Sequence record: DRR378314_1639 | DNA: 57,280 nt | Direction: 5' to 3' (one strand) | In this document: in pieces, positions 1-12,655 of the stretch | Position numbering within the stretch: the stretch's first letter is position 1 | Layout of the letters: each line of letters starts with the position of its first letter | Translations under genes and position numbers: made by a program | The notes under the pieces: model-generated | Told to the model about the DNA's origin: nothing | Database searches by the model: none | The model's input: the letters and a program-made list of their open reading frames with translations, nothing else

Positions 1-840
1 CGATACCTGCTGTGCCAATTGTGGCCACAACTCGTCTATACCGGCATCGGTGCGAAAAGTTATCTCCACTTGTTCTTCACTCACCTTGCGAATGGACTCT
101 ATTTGCTCAACGCCCTGCCAGCTATCCAAAGCCAGTTGAGCGTTGGTTGTTAACCGATAAACGGGCTTGGGCAGCAAAGTATCGCGTATCTCCTGCAAGC
201 TACCCTGAGCTACCGCGCGTCCTTTATTCATAAGCAACATAGTGTCGGCTAAGCGTTCAACCAGTTCCATTTGGTGCGCACTTAGTACCACAGTCTTGCC
301 CCGTTCACGCAACTCGTTTAATACCGTCAGCACGTGCTCCTGGTTTACCGGGTCTAATCCCGAAAAGGGTTCATCCAGAATAACCAGTTGTGGATCGTGC
401 AGCAGCGTGGCAATAAGTTGTACTTTTTGCTGGTTTCCCTTAGACATCTGACGCAAGGGCTCATCTTTGCGATCAGTCAGTTCGAACCGCTCCAGCCAAT
501 TATCAATATCGCTGCGTATATCGCTCAGCTTCAACCCGCGCAAACTGGCAATATAATTCAGGTTATCCAGTATGGTACGATCCTGATACAAACCGCGGTC
601 TTCAGGCAGGTAAGCAAAGTCGTGATAGGTCAGCTCAATACTCTCGCCGTTGTTCTCAACGAGGATCTCGCCTTCGTCGGGTTGTGTCAGGCCAACCAGC
701 ATACGAACCAGGGACGACTTACCGGCACCGTTAGGACCGAGTAACGCCTGAATCTTGCCGGGCTGAATATCGAGGGAGATAGCGTCTACCGCCGTTACGG
801 TGCGGTAACGCTTAGTGACATTATTAACTGAAAGGCGCAT
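1..840 (-). CDS. ABC transporter ATP-binding protein (NatA/YhaQ-like), truncated by the window edge; missing from the ORF track
   Basis: Manual translation from ATG at 840: MRLSVNNVTKRY...GPNGAGKS (Walker A), MSKGNQQK signature, VILDEPFSGLD (Walker B), SAH H-loop. The frame stays open to position 1. Confidence 0.9.
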   Translation of the reverse strand, partial: MRLSVNNVTKRYRTVTAVDAISLDIQPGKIQALLGPNGAGKSSLVRMLVGLTQPDEGEILVENNGESIELTYHDFAYLPEDRGLYQDRTILDNLNYIASLRGLKLSDIRSDIDNWLERFELTDRKDEPLRQMSKGNQQKVQLIATLLHDPQLVILDEPFSGLDPVNQEHVLTVLNELRERGKTVVLSAHQMELVERLADTMLLMNKGRAVAQGSLQEIRDTLLPKPVYRLTTNAQLALDSWQGVEQIESIRKVSEEQVEITFRTDAGIDELWPQLAQQVS

Positions 841-886
841 GTTATTTTTCTGTTATTTGCTTAAGAAGCGCCTATCTTAGAAAGAC

Positions 887-918
887 AAAGGGCCCGTAAC
901 AAGTGTTACGAGCCCTTT
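887..918 (-). terminator. Intrinsic terminator hairpin downstream of pckA
   Basis: On the minus strand AAAGGGCTCGTAAC-ACTT-GTTACGGGCCCTTT, 21 bp after the pckA stop. Confidence 0.75.
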
Positions 919-939
919 AATTTGTTTCAAACTATGAAT

Positions 940-2541
940 TTACAGCTGAGGGCCTGCGGCAACCAGCGCTTTACCGTTATCGGTATCAGTAAATTTCTCA
1001 AAGTTTGCGACAAAACGTTCGGCTAAGTCTTTGGCGCGAACGTCCCACTCACCGTCATCTTCGTATGTTTTACGTGGGTCCAGAATGCTACTGTCTTCAA
1101 CGCCGGCCAGCTCAGTTGGCATAGCCAGGTTAAAGTGAGGCAACTGCACAAATTCAGCATCTTCAATTGAACCATCTAAAATGGCGTCAATAATAGCGCG
1201 AGTCGCTTTAATAGAAATGCGCTTGCCAGTGCCGTTCCAACCGGTGTTAACCAGGTAAGCTTCTGCGCCAGCCGCTTCCATACGCTTAACTAAAACTTCC
1301 GCATACTGCGTTGGGTGCAGACTTAAGAAAGCCGCGCCAAAACAGCTGGAGAAAGTAGGTGTAGGTTCGGTTACACCACGCTCAGTACCGGCTAATTTAG
1401 CAGTAAAGCCGGACAAGAAATGATACTGCGCCTGTTCTTTAGTCAGCTTAGAAACCGGAGGCAATACGCCAAAGGCATCGGCTGTCAGGAAAATAACTTT
1501 CTTTGCGTGCCCCGCTTTAGACACCGGCTTCACAATGTTTTCAATGTGATAAATGGGGTAAGACACGCGAGTGTTTTCAGTTTTCGAGTTGTCGTCAAAA
1601 TCAACGATTCCGTTGTCATCGACAGCAACGTTTTCTAATAGTGCGTCACGGCGAATCGCGTTGTATATGTCAGGTTCCGCTTCTTTCGACAAGTTGATGG
1701 TTTTTGCGTAGCAGCCACCTTCAAAGTTGAATACGCCGTCGTCATCCCAACCGTGTTCGTCGTCACCAATGAGTGCGCGTTTCGGGTCAGTCGACAAAGT
1801 GGTTTTACCCGTGCCAGACAAGCCGAAGAAAACAGCCACGTCGCCTTCTTGACCTACGTTGGCAGAGCAATGCATAGAAGCAATGCCTTTTAGCGGCAGG
1901 AAGTAGTTCATCATTGAGAACATACCTTTTTTCATTTCGCCGCCGTACCAGGTGCCGCCAATTAACTGAATTTTTTCAGTTAAGTTAAACGCCACAAAGT
2001 TTTCTGAATTCAGTTCCTGTTCCTGCCACTTAGGATTAATGCACTTGGCACCATTCATAACAACGAAGTCTGGCTCAAAGTTTTCCAGCTCTGCTTCGCT
2101 TGGGCGAATGAACATGTTTTTTACGAAATGCGCCTGCCATGCCACTTCGGTAATGAAGCGAACAGCAAGACGAGTGTCTTCGTTAGCACCGCAATAGGTA
2201 TCCACTACAAACAAACGTTTGTGCGACAACTGCTCAGTGACCAAACCTTTCAGTTCATTCCAGGTTTCGGTCGACAGTGGTTTGTTGTCGTTTTTGCCTT
2301 GATCAGCCCACCAGACGGTATCGCGAGTTGTGTCATCGCGGACAATGTATTTGTCTTTAGGGGAACGTCCGGTGAAAATTCCGGTATCGACAGCAACCGC
2401 ACCCAGGTCCGTTACCGTTCCTTTTTCATAACCTTGCAGGTCTTCGCGAGTTTCCTCTTCGAATAGCAGGTCGTAGGACGGATTATGGACAATTTCTTCG
2501 ACATCTGTGATGCCGTAGCGGCTCAGATCCAGATTAGGCAT
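940..2541 (-). CDS. pckA: Phosphoenolpyruvate carboxykinase (ATP)
   Basis: [20 protein letters not shown]-loop, IGDDEHGW and [10 protein letters not shown] motifs; 533 aa. Confidence 0.98.
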   Translation of the reverse strand: MPNLDLSRYGITDVEEIVHNPSYDLLFEEETREDLQGYEKGTVTDLGAVAVDTGIFTGRSPKDKYIVRDDTTRDTVWWADQGKNDNKPLSTETWNELKGLVTEQLSHKRLFVVDTYCGANEDTRLAVRFITEVAWQAHFVKNMFIRPSEAELENFEPDFVVMNGAKCINPKWQEQELNSENFVAFNLTEKIQLIGGTWYGGEMKKGMFSMMNYFLPLKGIASMHCSANVGQEGDVAVFFGLSGTGKTTLSTDPKRALIGDDEHGWDDDGVFNFEGGCYAKTINLSKEAEPDIYNAIRRDALLENVAVDDNGIVDFDDNSKTENTRVSYPIYHIENIVKPVSKAGHAKKVIFLTADAFGVLPPVSKLTKEQAQYHFLSGFTAKLAGTERGVTEPTPTFSSCFGAAFLSLHPTQYAEVLVKRMEAAGAEAYLVNTGWNGTGKRISIKATRAIIDAILDGSIEDAEFVQLPHFNLAMPTELAGVEDSSILDPRKTYEDDGEWDVRAKDLAERFVANFEKFTDTDNGKALVAAGPQL

Positions 2542-2748
2542 GACGTAAGGCTCCTGAGATTACGGTCGTTCGTTAACGTTAACAGCAGCAACACAGCGTA
2601 AAAAATCCTGTTTTACAGTTTGGTTACTGGCTAATTTTCAGGGCGCGAATATTAACCTGATTGTGTAAAAAAAGATAGAGCAAAATTTTGCCAGTTCGTT
2701 AGAATGCCCGCCTGACTTTTGTATGCAGCAGTGGGTTTCTGATCATTT

Positions 2749-4068
2749 ATGCGTGACTCCTTTCACAGCCGAATTGGCTTTATATTAGCAGCCGCGGGCT
2801 CTGCCGTTGGCCTGGGAAATATTTGGGGCTTCCCTACTCAAGTTGCGAACCACGGCGGCGGCGCCTTCCTGCTGGTGTATCTTTGCGTAATCTTTATACT
2901 TGCCATACCCGCTTTATACAGCGAAATGCTGATAGGCCATAGTGCGCAGGCGAACCCGGTTCGCTCCTTAACGCAGCTGTCCGAAGGACGCGCCCGCCCT
3001 ATTGGCCGCTTAATGGGTTACCTTAATGTGCTGGGCTCCTGCTTAATGCTCAGCTTTTATCATGTGGTGGCCGGCTGGATGCTAGTTCACGCTTTAGGCT
3101 TTCTGGCTCGTGGCTTTGGTATTGAAGTTGCTGCCGAATTTTTGCTGAACAGCTCACTAACCCGCGACTTAATTTTCACCGCTGTATTTTTACTCGCCAC
3201 CGCTTACGTAGTGTTTCAGGGCGTGGAAAAGGGTATAGAGCGCTGGTCAAAGCGTCTGATGCCTACCTTAGTCGTTTTACTGGTAGCGCTTATTGCCTAC
3301 ATGCTGACCTTACCCGGCGCCGACGAAGGCCTGAAAAAATACCTTGTCCCCGACTTCAGCCTCATGACTGACACCAGCATTTTAGTGGCGGCTATGGGCC
3401 AGGCGTTCTTCTCGCTTTCCATTGGTTTGGGCGGCATGATGATATACGGCTCCTATCTAAAGCCCGGTGCTAACTTAGGTCGTTTAAGCTTGTCAGTGGC
3501 TGCACTGGATACTTTTATCGCTTTTCTGGCAGGGCTGTTAATTATTCCTGCTCTGTATGCAGGCATTCACCTGGGCGTTAATGTCGGCGAAGGCTCTAAA
3601 CTCATTGGCGAAGGCCAGCTCATTTTTGCGGTACTGCCAGAGCTATTTAATAGCATGGGCATTGCCGGACCTTTTGTGGCTTTTGCATTTTTTATGTTGC
3701 TGAGTATTGCCGCTCTAACCTCGACCATTGCTCAGGCCGAAGTACCGGTGTCTTACTGCATAGAAGAGCGCAAACTGAAACGGCCAGTGGCAACCGCCCT
3801 GTCACTGAGCGTTATCGCGATGTTTTCATTGCTGTTGATTCTGTTCTTTGAGCCGCTGTTTGGCTGGGTTGTTACTGCTGTCACACAGTTCCAGCTGCCG
3901 CTGTCAGGGTTATTCTACTTGCTGGTAGTAGGCTGGTTATGGCACCGCAGCAATCACCTGAAAGCTATTGCTGCGGGCAGTGTCGGCTTAACCTTATTAC
4001 GCTGGCATATCCGATATTTATGTCCGGTACTGATGAGCATCGTGTTTTATCACGTAGCCTTTGGTTAA
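2749..4068 (+). CDS. Sodium-dependent transporter, NSS/SNF family
   Basis: AAAGSAVGLGNIWGFP, GGGAF and GQAFFSLSIG motifs; many TM helices. Confidence 0.93.
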   Translation: MRDSFHSRIGFILAAAGSAVGLGNIWGFPTQVANHGGGAFLLVYLCVIFILAIPALYSEMLIGHSAQANPVRSLTQLSEGRARPIGRLMGYLNVLGSCLMLSFYHVVAGWMLVHALGFLARGFGIEVAAEFLLNSSLTRDLIFTAVFLLATAYVVFQGVEKGIERWSKRLMPTLVVLLVALIAYMLTLPGADEGLKKYLVPDFSLMTDTSILVAAMGQAFFSLSIGLGGMMIYGSYLKPGANLGRLSLSVAALDTFIAFLAGLLIIPALYAGIHLGVNVGEGSKLIGEGQLIFAVLPELFNSMGIAGPFVAFAFFMLLSIAALTSTIAQAEVPVSYCIEERKLKRPVATALSLSVIAMFSLLLILFFEPLFGWVVTAVTQFQLPLSGLFYLLVVGWLWHRSNHLKAIAAGSVGLTLLRWHIRYLCPVLMSIVFYHVAFG

Positions 4069-4074
4069 GCTGGG

Positions 4075-4608
<534 letters not shown>

Positions 4609-4752
4609 TTATTTGCACGCTTTTCATTTGGCCTAAAGAGTACACGCAAGTGCACACTAAACAAAAGCCCGATATTCAAATTAAGGATGCGAGTTGCGAC
4701 TAACATCAGTAAACTAGAGGGTAACTTACGTTTTCAAATAGTGGAGTAAAAA

Positions 4753-5943
4753 ATGAGCTCAGCCTTTTATCAGCAACTGGCCGACCAACTGGCCGAAACC
4801 AAAGCCGAAGGCTTGTACAAGAAAGAACGTATTATCAGTTCGGACCAAAGCTCTGAAATTACGGTGAATAACCGCAAGGTACTCAACTTCTGCGCTAACA
4901 ACTATTTGGGTCTGGCAAACCACCCGGACTTAATAAAAGCCGCCAAGCAAGGTCTGGACGAACACGGATTTGGTACGGCTTCAGTGCGTTTTATTTGTGG
5001 TACTCAGGACATTCACAAAACACTGGAACAAAAACTGAGTGAGTTTCTAGGTACGGAAGACACTATTCTGTATTCCTCGTGTTTTGACGCCAACGGCGGT
5101 TTGTTCGAAACCCTAATGGGCCCCGAAGATGCTATTATTAGTGACGAGCTCAACCACGCCAGCATTATTGACGGTATTCGCTTGAGTAAAGCGAAACGCT
5201 TCCGCTACAAAAACAACAATCTGGAAGACTTAGAAGCTCAGCTTAAGCAAGCTGACGCAGACGGCGCACGCCACAAGTTAATCGCAACCGACGGTGTGTT
5301 CTCAATGGACGGCGTTATTGCCAACTTAAAAGGTATTTGCGACCTGGCCGACAAATACGACGCACTGGTCATGATGGATGACTGTCACGCAACTGGTTTT
5401 CTGGGCGAAAACGGTAAAGGCACACATGAATACTGCGACGTTATTGGCCGTGTTGATATTATCACCGGTACCTTAGGTAAAGCGCTGGGTGGTGCTTCTG
5501 GTGGTTACACTTCAGGCAAGAAAGAAGTCATTGACTGGTTACGCCAGCGTTCACGCCCTTACCTGTTCTCTAACTCAGTAGCACCTGCCATTGTGCAGGC
5601 ATCTATTCGTGTACTGGATATGCTGGCAGAAGGCGGCAAGTTGCGCAGCCAACTGTGGGAAAACGCCAGCTACTTCCGTGAGCAAATGACGAACGCAGGC
5701 TTTACTTTGAGCGGCGCAGACCACGCCATTATTCCTGTTATGGTCGGCGACGCCAAACTCGCGTCAGAAATGTCAGATCGCCTGTTGGAAGAAGATATTT
5801 ATGTGATCGGCTTTTCCTTCCCTGTCGTTCCTAAAGGCAAAGCTCGTATCCGCACGCAGATGTCTGCGGCACACACACGTGAACAACTGGATCGCACCAT
5901 TGAAGCCTTTACCCGCATTGGTAAAGAGCTGGGTGTGATTTAA
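4753..5943 (+). CDS. kbl: Glycine C-acetyltransferase (2-amino-3-ketobutyrate CoA ligase)
   Basis: [31 protein letters not shown] (PLP lysine); directly upstream of tdh. Confidence 0.97.
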   Translation: MSSAFYQQLADQLAETKAEGLYKKERIISSDQSSEITVNNRKVLNFCANNYLGLANHPDLIKAAKQGLDEHGFGTASVRFICGTQDIHKTLEQKLSEFLGTEDTILYSSCFDANGGLFETLMGPEDAIISDELNHASIIDGIRLSKAKRFRYKNNNLEDLEAQLKQADADGARHKLIATDGVFSMDGVIANLKGICDLADKYDALVMMDDCHATGFLGENGKGTHEYCDVIGRVDIITGTLGKALGGASGGYTSGKKEVIDWLRQRSRPYLFSNSVAPAIVQASIRVLDMLAEGGKLRSQLWENASYFREQMTNAGFTLSGADHAIIPVMVGDAKLASEMSDRLLEEDIYVIGFSFPVVPKGKARIRTQMSAAHTREQLDRTIEAFTRIGKELGVI

Positions 5944-5953
5944 GGAGTAAAGA

Positions 5954-6979
5954 ATGAAAGCTTTATCAAAACTGCACGCAAAACCCGGCATTTGGATGAC
6001 CGACGTGGAAAAGCCGGAATGCGGTTACAACGATTTGCTGATTAAAATTAAGAAAACCGCCATTTGCGGCACCGATGTTCACATTTATAAATGGGACGAC
6101 TGGTCGCAGAAAACCATTCCGGTGCCTATGGTGGTCGGCCACGAGTACGTGGGTGAAGTTGCCGCTATGGGCGACGGTGTTCGTGGCTTTGAAATTGGCG
6201 ACCGTGTCTCCGGCGAAGGCCACATTACCTGTGGTCACTGTCGTAACTGCCGTGCTGGCCGTCGCCACTTATGCCGCAATACCTATGGTGTGGGTGTTAA
6301 TCGTCCGGGGGCTTTTGCAGAATACCTGGCACTGCCAGCTGAAAACGCTTTTAAACTGCCAGATGACGTTACTGATGAAATGGCAGCTGTATTTGACCCA
6401 TTTGGGAATGCTGTTCACACCGCCCTGGCTTTTGACCTGGTGGGTGAAGACGTGCTGATTACCGGTGCGGGTCCTATTGGTATTATGGCAGCAGCCGTTG
6501 CCCGTCACGTTGGCGCACGCCACGTGGTTATTACCGACGTTAACGAATACCGCCTGGACTTAGCTCGTAAAATGGGCGTTACCCGGGCAGTGGACGTTAG
6601 CAAAGAGAAGCTGTCCGACGTAATGACTGAACTCGGCATGAAAGAAGGTTTTGATGTGGGTCTGGAAATGTCCGGTGTGCCATCAGCTTTCTCACAAATG
6701 CTGGAAACCATGAACCATGGCGGCAAAATTGCCATGCTGGGCATTCCACCAGAAAACATCGCTATAGACTGGAACCAGGTTATTTTTAAAGGTTTGGTTA
6801 TTAAAGGCATTTATGGCCGTGAGATGTTTGAAACCTGGTACAAAATGGCCAGCTTGCTGCAGTCCGGGCTGGATATTTCGCCTATTTTAACGCACGAAAT
6901 GCCTATTGATGACTTTGAGAAAGGCTTTGAAACCATGATTTCAGGCCAGTCCGGCAAAGTCATACTGAACTGGGATTAA
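5954..6979 (+). CDS. tdh: L-threonine 3-dehydrogenase
   Basis: ICGTDVH, GHE, CGHCRNC zinc motifs, [19 protein letters not shown]. Confidence 0.98.
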   Translation: MKALSKLHAKPGIWMTDVEKPECGYNDLLIKIKKTAICGTDVHIYKWDDWSQKTIPVPMVVGHEYVGEVAAMGDGVRGFEIGDRVSGEGHITCGHCRNCRAGRRHLCRNTYGVGVNRPGAFAEYLALPAENAFKLPDDVTDEMAAVFDPFGNAVHTALAFDLVGEDVLITGAGPIGIMAAAVARHVGARHVVITDVNEYRLDLARKMGVTRAVDVSKEKLSDVMTELGMKEGFDVGLEMSGVPSAFSQMLETMNHGGKIAMLGIPPENIAIDWNQVIFKGLVIKGIYGREMFETWYKMASLLQSGLDISPILTHEMPIDDFEKGFETMISGQSGKVILNWD

Positions 6980-6986
6980 TGCGTAA

Positions 6987-7325
6987 ATGAGCAATTATCA
7001 GCTAATGGAATTACCCATCGCCGTCGAGCATTGGCAAAATGGCGATGCGGTTTTTGTTGATATCCGTGATCCGCAGTCCTTTGCTGCGGGCCACATTCCG
7101 GGCTCTCAACACCTGGATAACAGCAACCTGCCGCAGTTCCTGAGTTCGGTTGATAAAAACCAAAAAGTGATTGTGGTTTGCTACCATGGCATTAGCAGTC
7201 AGGGCGCTGCTGATTACATAGCAGGTAACGGCTTCACTGATGTACACAGCATGGATGGCGGTTACACGGCCTGGTCCATGTCTTTTCCTGAACACACTTT
7301 TCATAAAGAGAACGAAAGGGACTAA
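6987..7325 (+). CDS. glpE: Thiosulfate sulfurtransferase (single-domain rhodanese)
   Basis: DIRDPQSF, GHIPG and CYHGISSQGAA active-site loop; precedes glpG. Confidence 0.93.
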   Translation: MSNYQLMELPIAVEHWQNGDAVFVDIRDPQSFAAGHIPGSQHLDNSNLPQFLSSVDKNQKVIVVCYHGISSQGAADYIAGNGFTDVHSMDGGYTAWSMSFPEHTFHKENERD

Positions 7326-7328
7326 ACC

Positions 7329-8153
7329 ATGCGACGATTGCTCAGCAGCCGCGACTCAGACTGGATGCACAAGCTGTATCAGTATTTACGTCAGCAAGGC
7401 ATGCCAGTCAGCGTTACTGAACGCGGTGAGCAATTGGAATTATGGTTACATCAGAGCAGTTATGAAGCTGCCGCTAAAACACTGATTCAACAGTTTAAAG
7501 ATAACCCAGAGCTAGCCGCTGCGCCCGTTCAAGCAAAGCGAACTTCGGAACGAGGTTCATCATCACTGTCTTTTAGTTTGCTGCAACAAAGCGGTTGGCT
7601 GACCCGAATTGTCGCGGTTCTGGCGTTGCTGGTGTTTGGGATGGTGCAAATGTACCCCGAAACCGTACTGGAGACACTGAGGATCAGCCAATATTTTTCG
7701 GCGCTTCCCTACGATCAGCCCTGGCGCTTTATTACTCCGGTACTGATGCACTTTACCCTTCTGCACCTGGTCTTTAATATTTTCTGGTGGTGGTATCTGG
7801 GCGGCCGTATTGAACGTTCTCTGGGTATATCCTGGTTACTGGCTCTGCTGTTATTCTGCGGTATTACTGCAAACGTTATTCAGTATCTTTTCAATGGCCC
7901 TAACTTTGGTGGGCTGTCCGGTGTGGTCTATGGCTTGCTTGGTTTCTGCTGGATATACAGCTTCAATCGCCCAACGCCGCTGTATCTGCCACCGGGGCTG
8001 ATTATCTTCATGCTGCTGTGGTTAGTAATTGGCTACACCGACATGCTATGGATAAATGTTGCTAACGAGGCTCATCTGGCCGGGCTGCTTTCCGGCTGTT
8101 TCGCAGGTTTTGTAGTGCGTTGGTTAAACCCTAAAATGCGGCCGCTTCACTGA
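7329..8153 (+). CDS. glpG: Rhomboid intramembrane serine protease
   Basis: WRFITP, HLVFN, GLSG (catalytic Ser) and AHLAG (catalytic His). Confidence 0.93.
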   Translation: MRRLLSSRDSDWMHKLYQYLRQQGMPVSVTERGEQLELWLHQSSYEAAAKTLIQQFKDNPELAAAPVQAKRTSERGSSSLSFSLLQQSGWLTRIVAVLALLVFGMVQMYPETVLETLRISQYFSALPYDQPWRFITPVLMHFTLLHLVFNIFWWWYLGGRIERSLGISWLLALLLFCGITANVIQYLFNGPNFGGLSGVVYGLLGFCWIYSFNRPTPLYLPPGLIIFMLLWLVIGYTDMLWINVANEAHLAGLLSGCFAGFVVRWLNPKMRPLH

Positions 8154-8545
8154 TAAATGTACTTGGTAAAAAGAACATCGCGGATAACTGGATTACCGGT
8201 TTCCTGCTGCATCAGTTCTTTTGCTCTTTCTATACATTTTAAACGAAGTTGATCGCGTCCCGTCATGGTTCGCACCTGACGTTCGGTCGCGGTACTTAAA
8301 ATTGACACAAAGGCATTACGCAATAAAGGCGCGTGGTGTTCTACCACACTAACGTAACTGGGGTCCGGCACCATCACTTCAATAGCAACCCGAATGAAAC
8401 CCAACCGGTAATCGTTTCCCTCTTTCAGGTAATTGGTGGTGATATCAGGCTCAAAGCCGTAGTACGAAACGTCGTCTGCCGACGCCACCGTTACACTGCT
8501 GAACCAAAGAAAAATACTGGCAAATACTGTTATCAGAAGTTTCAT
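8147..8545 (-). CDS. FliL-like protein (orphan, outside a flagellar cluster)
   Basis: Signal-like N-terminus, ITTNY, HHAPLLRNA, GRDQLR and C-terminal VLFTKYIYQ, all typical of the FliL family. Confidence 0.8.
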   Translation of the reverse strand: MKLLITVFASIFLWFSSVTVASADDVSYYGFEPDITTNYLKEGNDYRLGFIRVAIEVMVPDPSYVSVVEHHAPLLRNAFVSILSTATERQVRTMTGRDQLRLKCIERAKELMQQETGNPVIRDVLFTKYIYQ

Positions 8546-8623
8546 AGCCCTACCCGGCCCGATTGCTGTTCAATTAAGTTCTCTCTGCTATCATAGCGAC
8601 AGAGCTTAATAACGCCAACACAA

Positions 8624-9205
8624 ATGACAACAGAGTTTTATGCTACCCCGGTTTTTCCAGTTAGCAAAGCACTGCAATGGATGCCGCCCGAACAACTTGA
8701 ATTAACCTCCACACAAGCCGACTGGCTGCTTTACGAAGGTTCGCTTACAGAACGTCTGAAGCAGGTAGGCCAGCAGTTCTCCGTTAAGTTACTGGGCCAG
8801 CAATTGCTTGCCCCTAACACTGAAGAAAAGCAAAGGTTAAAAGGTAAAGACCAAGTCGTTATTCGGGAAGTTCTACTATACTGTAATGAAAAGCCTTGGG
8901 TTTTTGCGCGCAGTCTATTTTCGCCCAGCGCCGAAAACGCCAATACACTGAATTTACAACAACTGGGGAATCAGTCATTGGGCGAGTCTTTATTTGCCCG
9001 TAGCGATTTATACTGCGGAGACATAGAAGTGGCAAAAGTTGCTCTGGAACACCCGGTTGCTCAGCTTAATCAGCAATGGTTTGGGATAAACCAGAGGCTG
9101 CTCGGCAGGCGCCGAGTATTTTCAACGGGCGGTGAGCAACTGTTAGTCAGTGAAGTATTTCTGCAACCGTCGCCACTTTACTCTTCGCCGAATAACAGGA
9201 GTTAG
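8624..9205 (+). CDS. ubiC: Chorismate pyruvate-lyase
   Basis: WLL..GSLT.RL, REVLL, PWVFARS, LG..LF, RR..F and LLVSEVFL; upstream of ubiA. Confidence 0.93.
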   Translation: MTTEFYATPVFPVSKALQWMPPEQLELTSTQADWLLYEGSLTERLKQVGQQFSVKLLGQQLLAPNTEEKQRLKGKDQVVIREVLLYCNEKPWVFARSLFSPSAENANTLNLQQLGNQSLGESLFARSDLYCGDIEVAKVALEHPVAQLNQQWFGINQRLLGRRRVFSTGGEQLLVSEVFLQPSPLYSSPNNRS

Positions 9206-9206
9206 T

Positions 9207-10058
9207 ATGCAAAAGTTAGTCGCTTTTTGGCAGTTAATGCGTGCGGACAGACCCATTGGTACCTATCTACTTGCCTGGCCGACCATCTGGGCACTCATGA
9301 TAGCCGGAGCTGGCGAGCCGCCCCTGCGTATCGTCGTCATATTTTTGCTCGGTACTTTTGTCATGCGCTCTGCCGGTTGTGTTATTAACGACTTTGCCGA
9401 CCGTAATTATGACGGTCACGTACGCCGCACGCGCCAGCGTCCTATTCCGGCGGGAAGAATATCGGCAACTGAAGCGATGATAGGTTTCATCGCCCTGTTA
9501 GCCATTGCCTTCGGGTTGGTTATGCAACTGAACACTGAAACGGTCATGCTCAGCTTTTTTGCCGCCGGCGTAGCGGCACTTTACCCGTTTTGTAAACGCT
9601 GGACGCATTTGCCACAAATAGTGCTGGGCATCGCCTTTAGCTTCGGCATTCTCATGGCCTTTACCGCACTAGAATCTGACCAGTGGTTTATTGCTGGCTT
9701 GCTGTTTCTTGCTAATATTCTATGGACGGTTGCCTACGATACCGAATATGCCATGGCAGACCGCGAAGACGACTTAAAAATAGGCCTGCAGAGCACGGCA
9801 ATTTTGTTTGGTCGCTTCGACCGTCTGGCTATTGGCTTGATGCAACTCGCGACTCTGGCCTTATTGGGCTGGGTATTGCACTTAATTACCGTTGAACTTT
9901 GGGTGTGGCTGGCATTAGCGGCTATTTTTCTGTTGTTTGCTTACCAGCACTGGCTAATACGACACAGAGAGCCCGGAAAGTGCTTCCAGGCTTTTCTGCA
10001 TAACCATTATATTGGCATGGTATTCGCTATTGGCTTAGCCGTGCATTACTGGTTCTAA
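9207..10058 (+). CDS. ubiA: 4-hydroxybenzoate octaprenyltransferase
   Basis: LMRADRPIG, AGCVINDFADR and YDTEYAMADREDD. Start placed at ATG 9207 behind the AGGAG SD. Confidence 0.96.
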   Translation: MQKLVAFWQLMRADRPIGTYLLAWPTIWALMIAGAGEPPLRIVVIFLLGTFVMRSAGCVINDFADRNYDGHVRRTRQRPIPAGRISATEAMIGFIALLAIAFGLVMQLNTETVMLSFFAAGVAALYPFCKRWTHLPQIVLGIAFSFGILMAFTALESDQWFIAGLLFLANILWTVAYDTEYAMADREDDLKIGLQSTAILFGRFDRLAIGLMQLATLALLGWVLHLITVELWVWLALAAIFLLFAYQHWLIRHREPGKCFQAFLHNHYIGMVFAIGLAVHYWF

Positions 10059-12568
10059 TCTCTCTCAGTCGGCTTTTGCTCTACTTTGGGTGCTTCTTTT
10101 TGTTCACGTTCGGCCTGCTCTTTTAGCTGCTGAACAAACTGCTCAACCGACTGACGAATGGTTTGTAGCACAGGTCCGTCAATGAGCTCATCGACCTGAT
10201 CGCTGAGCTCACCCACCGGCTCTGCAGCAATTTGCTGGCCGTCGTCATTAATTTCTACCAGACCTTGCTGTTTTAAACTGGCAATGAGCGTAGACATAAC
10301 TTTCTTATCGTAAAATTCCGGGGCATCAATGCCGTGAATGGAACTTAAACGTTCGGCAAGGGTAATAGACTGCTTTTCAAGATCCGCCCGCATAATAGGC
10401 TGCGCCTGTTGCAGCAATTCCAGTACAATACAATAACGCTGCAAGGTTTCACTGGCACTGTTGGCCAATAGCCGTAACCGATACCACTGCGCACTTTCCC
10501 GTTGTGCAATTGTGCAAACGCCATCTTCCAATGTAATTAACTGCTGGCGTGCCAACTCTTCTGCAAGAGCTTCTGCCCAGAGCGGTAGGTCTTCAACATT
10601 ATGACTCAAATAAAGTTCAGCTTTTAATGACGGATAAATTGCCTGTGTTCGCGCCGCAATTTCAGCCACTCTCACTTTTTTCTTCGCCATGATAATTGAC
10701 GCAACGATGCCGGGAACCACCATCAAGTGAAGAATATTATTCCGATAGTAAGTCATGGCTATGGCTGTCATGTGCTCCAGCGAGACGACTTCACCCATGG
10801 TATCGCTATTGACCGTAAATTTGTCAGTACGCAAAGCCTGTTGCCAAAGCTCTTCCGGTGTTTCGTCCGGCACGCTCATCATATTGCTGTATGGTACTTC
10901 GCGCAGCACGCCCAAATAAACGTCCAACTGAGCAAGCAGCTCTTCTTTCATCAACGCATGGTGCTCTGAACTCAGCAAAGCTAAAGCGGTAAGGTTAACG
11001 CTGTTAGCCGCCGCTGAATCGTTAATGCCCTGCATAACTTGCTCGGCTAAGCCTCCCACCACCGGGTTCAACCAGCCTGGACGTTCCGGTTCCTGTGCCC
11101 CTCGGGTGACCGATTCATGCCAGTTAGGTGCCACTTTGTCTAAATGGTGTTTTAAATTAATAGGCTGACCGAAAGTGACAAAACCCTGGCCAAAGTTGCG
11201 CAGCTTGGCAACGGTTTTCAGAATTTGAAAAACCGATTCTTTTTCTTTGTCCTTACCTTTAAGCTCTTTCAGGTAAGTAGCCACTTCCATAATATGTTCG
11301 TAACCAAGGTAAACAGGCACCAGCGATACCGGCCGTTGCTGGTCGCGAAGCATGCCCTGCACGGTCATCGCCAGCATACCGGTTTTAGGCGGTAACAAGC
11401 GGCCGGTTCTTGAGCGGCCACCTTCACTGAAGTATTCCACTGGGTAACCCTTTTGAAACAACCAGCACAAGTATTCACGAAAAACAGCGGAGTACAGCTT
11501 GTTACCCCGGAAGCTTCGGCGAATAAAGAACGCACCACCACGTCGGAAAATACCGCCAACCGGGAAAAAGTTAAGGTTCACGCCAGCCGCTATATGCGGC
11601 GGTACAAGGCCTTCTTTATAAATAACATAGCTGAGCAGCAAATAGTCCATGTGGCTACGGTGACAAGGAACGTAGATGACCTCGTGTCCTTGTTGAGCCA
11701 ACCGCCTAATTGTATCCCCGCCTTTTACGTGAATGCCGTTGTAAATCCGGTTCCACATCCAGGTCATAAAACGATCTAGAACCCGAATAAGCGTTGAATT
11801 ATAGTTGGCGGCGATTTCATCGATATAAGATAACGCGCGTTTCCGGGCGGCTTCTTCACTAATTTTCTTGCCTCTGGCTTCATCCGATACGGCCTTTTTT
11901 AACGCCGGCGTATTAATGAGTGCTGACATCAGCTCTTTGCGCTGACTCAGTTTAGGGCCGGCAACGGCATGGCGCATACGTACGAAGTGAACTCGCGCTA
12001 CCCGCGCCAATTTGTGTGCAATACGCATATCGGTGCCGTGCTCACGCGCCATAGTACCCAGGCTCACCGAACGAGAGAAGCGCAGCAACACTTGTCGACC
12101 AGAAAAAATTACCAGCCAGAATTTACGCCAATGCCCGGGGTTATCTAAGTCACCGGTCATGGTGTTACCGGCATGCGCCTCTTCTCCGGCCTGGCGGCCC
12201 CAGAATACGCCCGCAGGTATCAGTTGCACATCCAGCTCCGGCTGGTCTTTATGCAGGGTTAATAACTGGTGAAATTCGGATACCGTTTGATCAGATACCT
12301 CGTTCGCCAGCTCTTCCAGGTACATGATTCGGTTATAGGTTTTACCATTAACCTCAAGAGGGTCGACAGGGTCTGGCAAACCGCGCTTCTGCGCCGCCCG
12401 CTGCAAAATGGATAGATCCGCTTTAGAGGTTGAACGCATTACATAGACAATTGGCTTGCCAACAGTTGCTGAATGCTCTTCTTCAGTACCATCCCAAATT
12501 TCCTGAAAGCGCGTTAACCAGCGTAACGGGTATTTAAAAATTGGGAAAAAGCGGCTTATTCCTTTCAT
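10055..12568 (-). CDS. plsB: Glycerol-3-phosphate 1-O-acyltransferase
   Basis: HRSHMDY (HxxxxD), GAFFIRR and EGGRSRTG acyltransferase motifs; 837 aa. Confidence 0.97.
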   Translation of the reverse strand: MKGISRFFPIFKYPLRWLTRFQEIWDGTEEEHSATVGKPIVYVMRSTSKADLSILQRAAQKRGLPDPVDPLEVNGKTYNRIMYLEELANEVSDQTVSEFHQLLTLHKDQPELDVQLIPAGVFWGRQAGEEAHAGNTMTGDLDNPGHWRKFWLVIFSGRQVLLRFSRSVSLGTMAREHGTDMRIAHKLARVARVHFVRMRHAVAGPKLSQRKELMSALINTPALKKAVSDEARGKKISEEAARKRALSYIDEIAANYNSTLIRVLDRFMTWMWNRIYNGIHVKGGDTIRRLAQQGHEVIYVPCHRSHMDYLLLSYVIYKEGLVPPHIAAGVNLNFFPVGGIFRRGGAFFIRRSFRGNKLYSAVFREYLCWLFQKGYPVEYFSEGGRSRTGRLLPPKTGMLAMTVQGMLRDQQRPVSLVPVYLGYEHIMEVATYLKELKGKDKEKESVFQILKTVAKLRNFGQGFVTFGQPINLKHHLDKVAPNWHESVTRGAQEPERPGWLNPVVGGLAEQVMQGINDSAAANSVNLTALALLSSEHHALMKEELLAQLDVYLGVLREVPYSNMMSVPDETPEELWQQALRTDKFTVNSDTMGEVVSLEHMTAIAMTYYRNNILHLMVVPGIVASIIMAKKKVRVAEIAARTQAIYPSLKAELYLSHNVEDLPLWAEALAEELARQQLITLEDGVCTIAQRESAQWYRLRLLANSASETLQRYCIVLELLQQAQPIMRADLEKQSITLAERLSSIHGIDAPEFYDKKVMSTLIASLKQQGLVEINDDGQQIAAEPVGELSDQVDELIDGPVLQTIRQSVEQFVQQLKEQAEREQKEAPKVEQKPTERD

Positions 12569-12655
12569 ATAGAGACCTCTGTTTTAAACAGAAATACAGG
12601 ATACCAACTTCGTGTAAAAATGTCGTTCAAGAAATTACTTGCGAAATCAATTTAC

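Noticed and set aside
12-744. Three + strand ORFs (12-233, 242-451, 388-744)
   Set aside because: They are shadows of the minus-strand ABC ATPase, which has all the canonical motifs.
2572-2583. Perfect palindrome GTTAACGTTAAC upstream of pckA
   Set aside because: Short, low complexity and not matched to a regulator I can name.
12578-12592. TCTGTTTTAAACAGA as a third SOS box
   Set aside because: The CTGT-ACAG spacing is 5 rather than 8.
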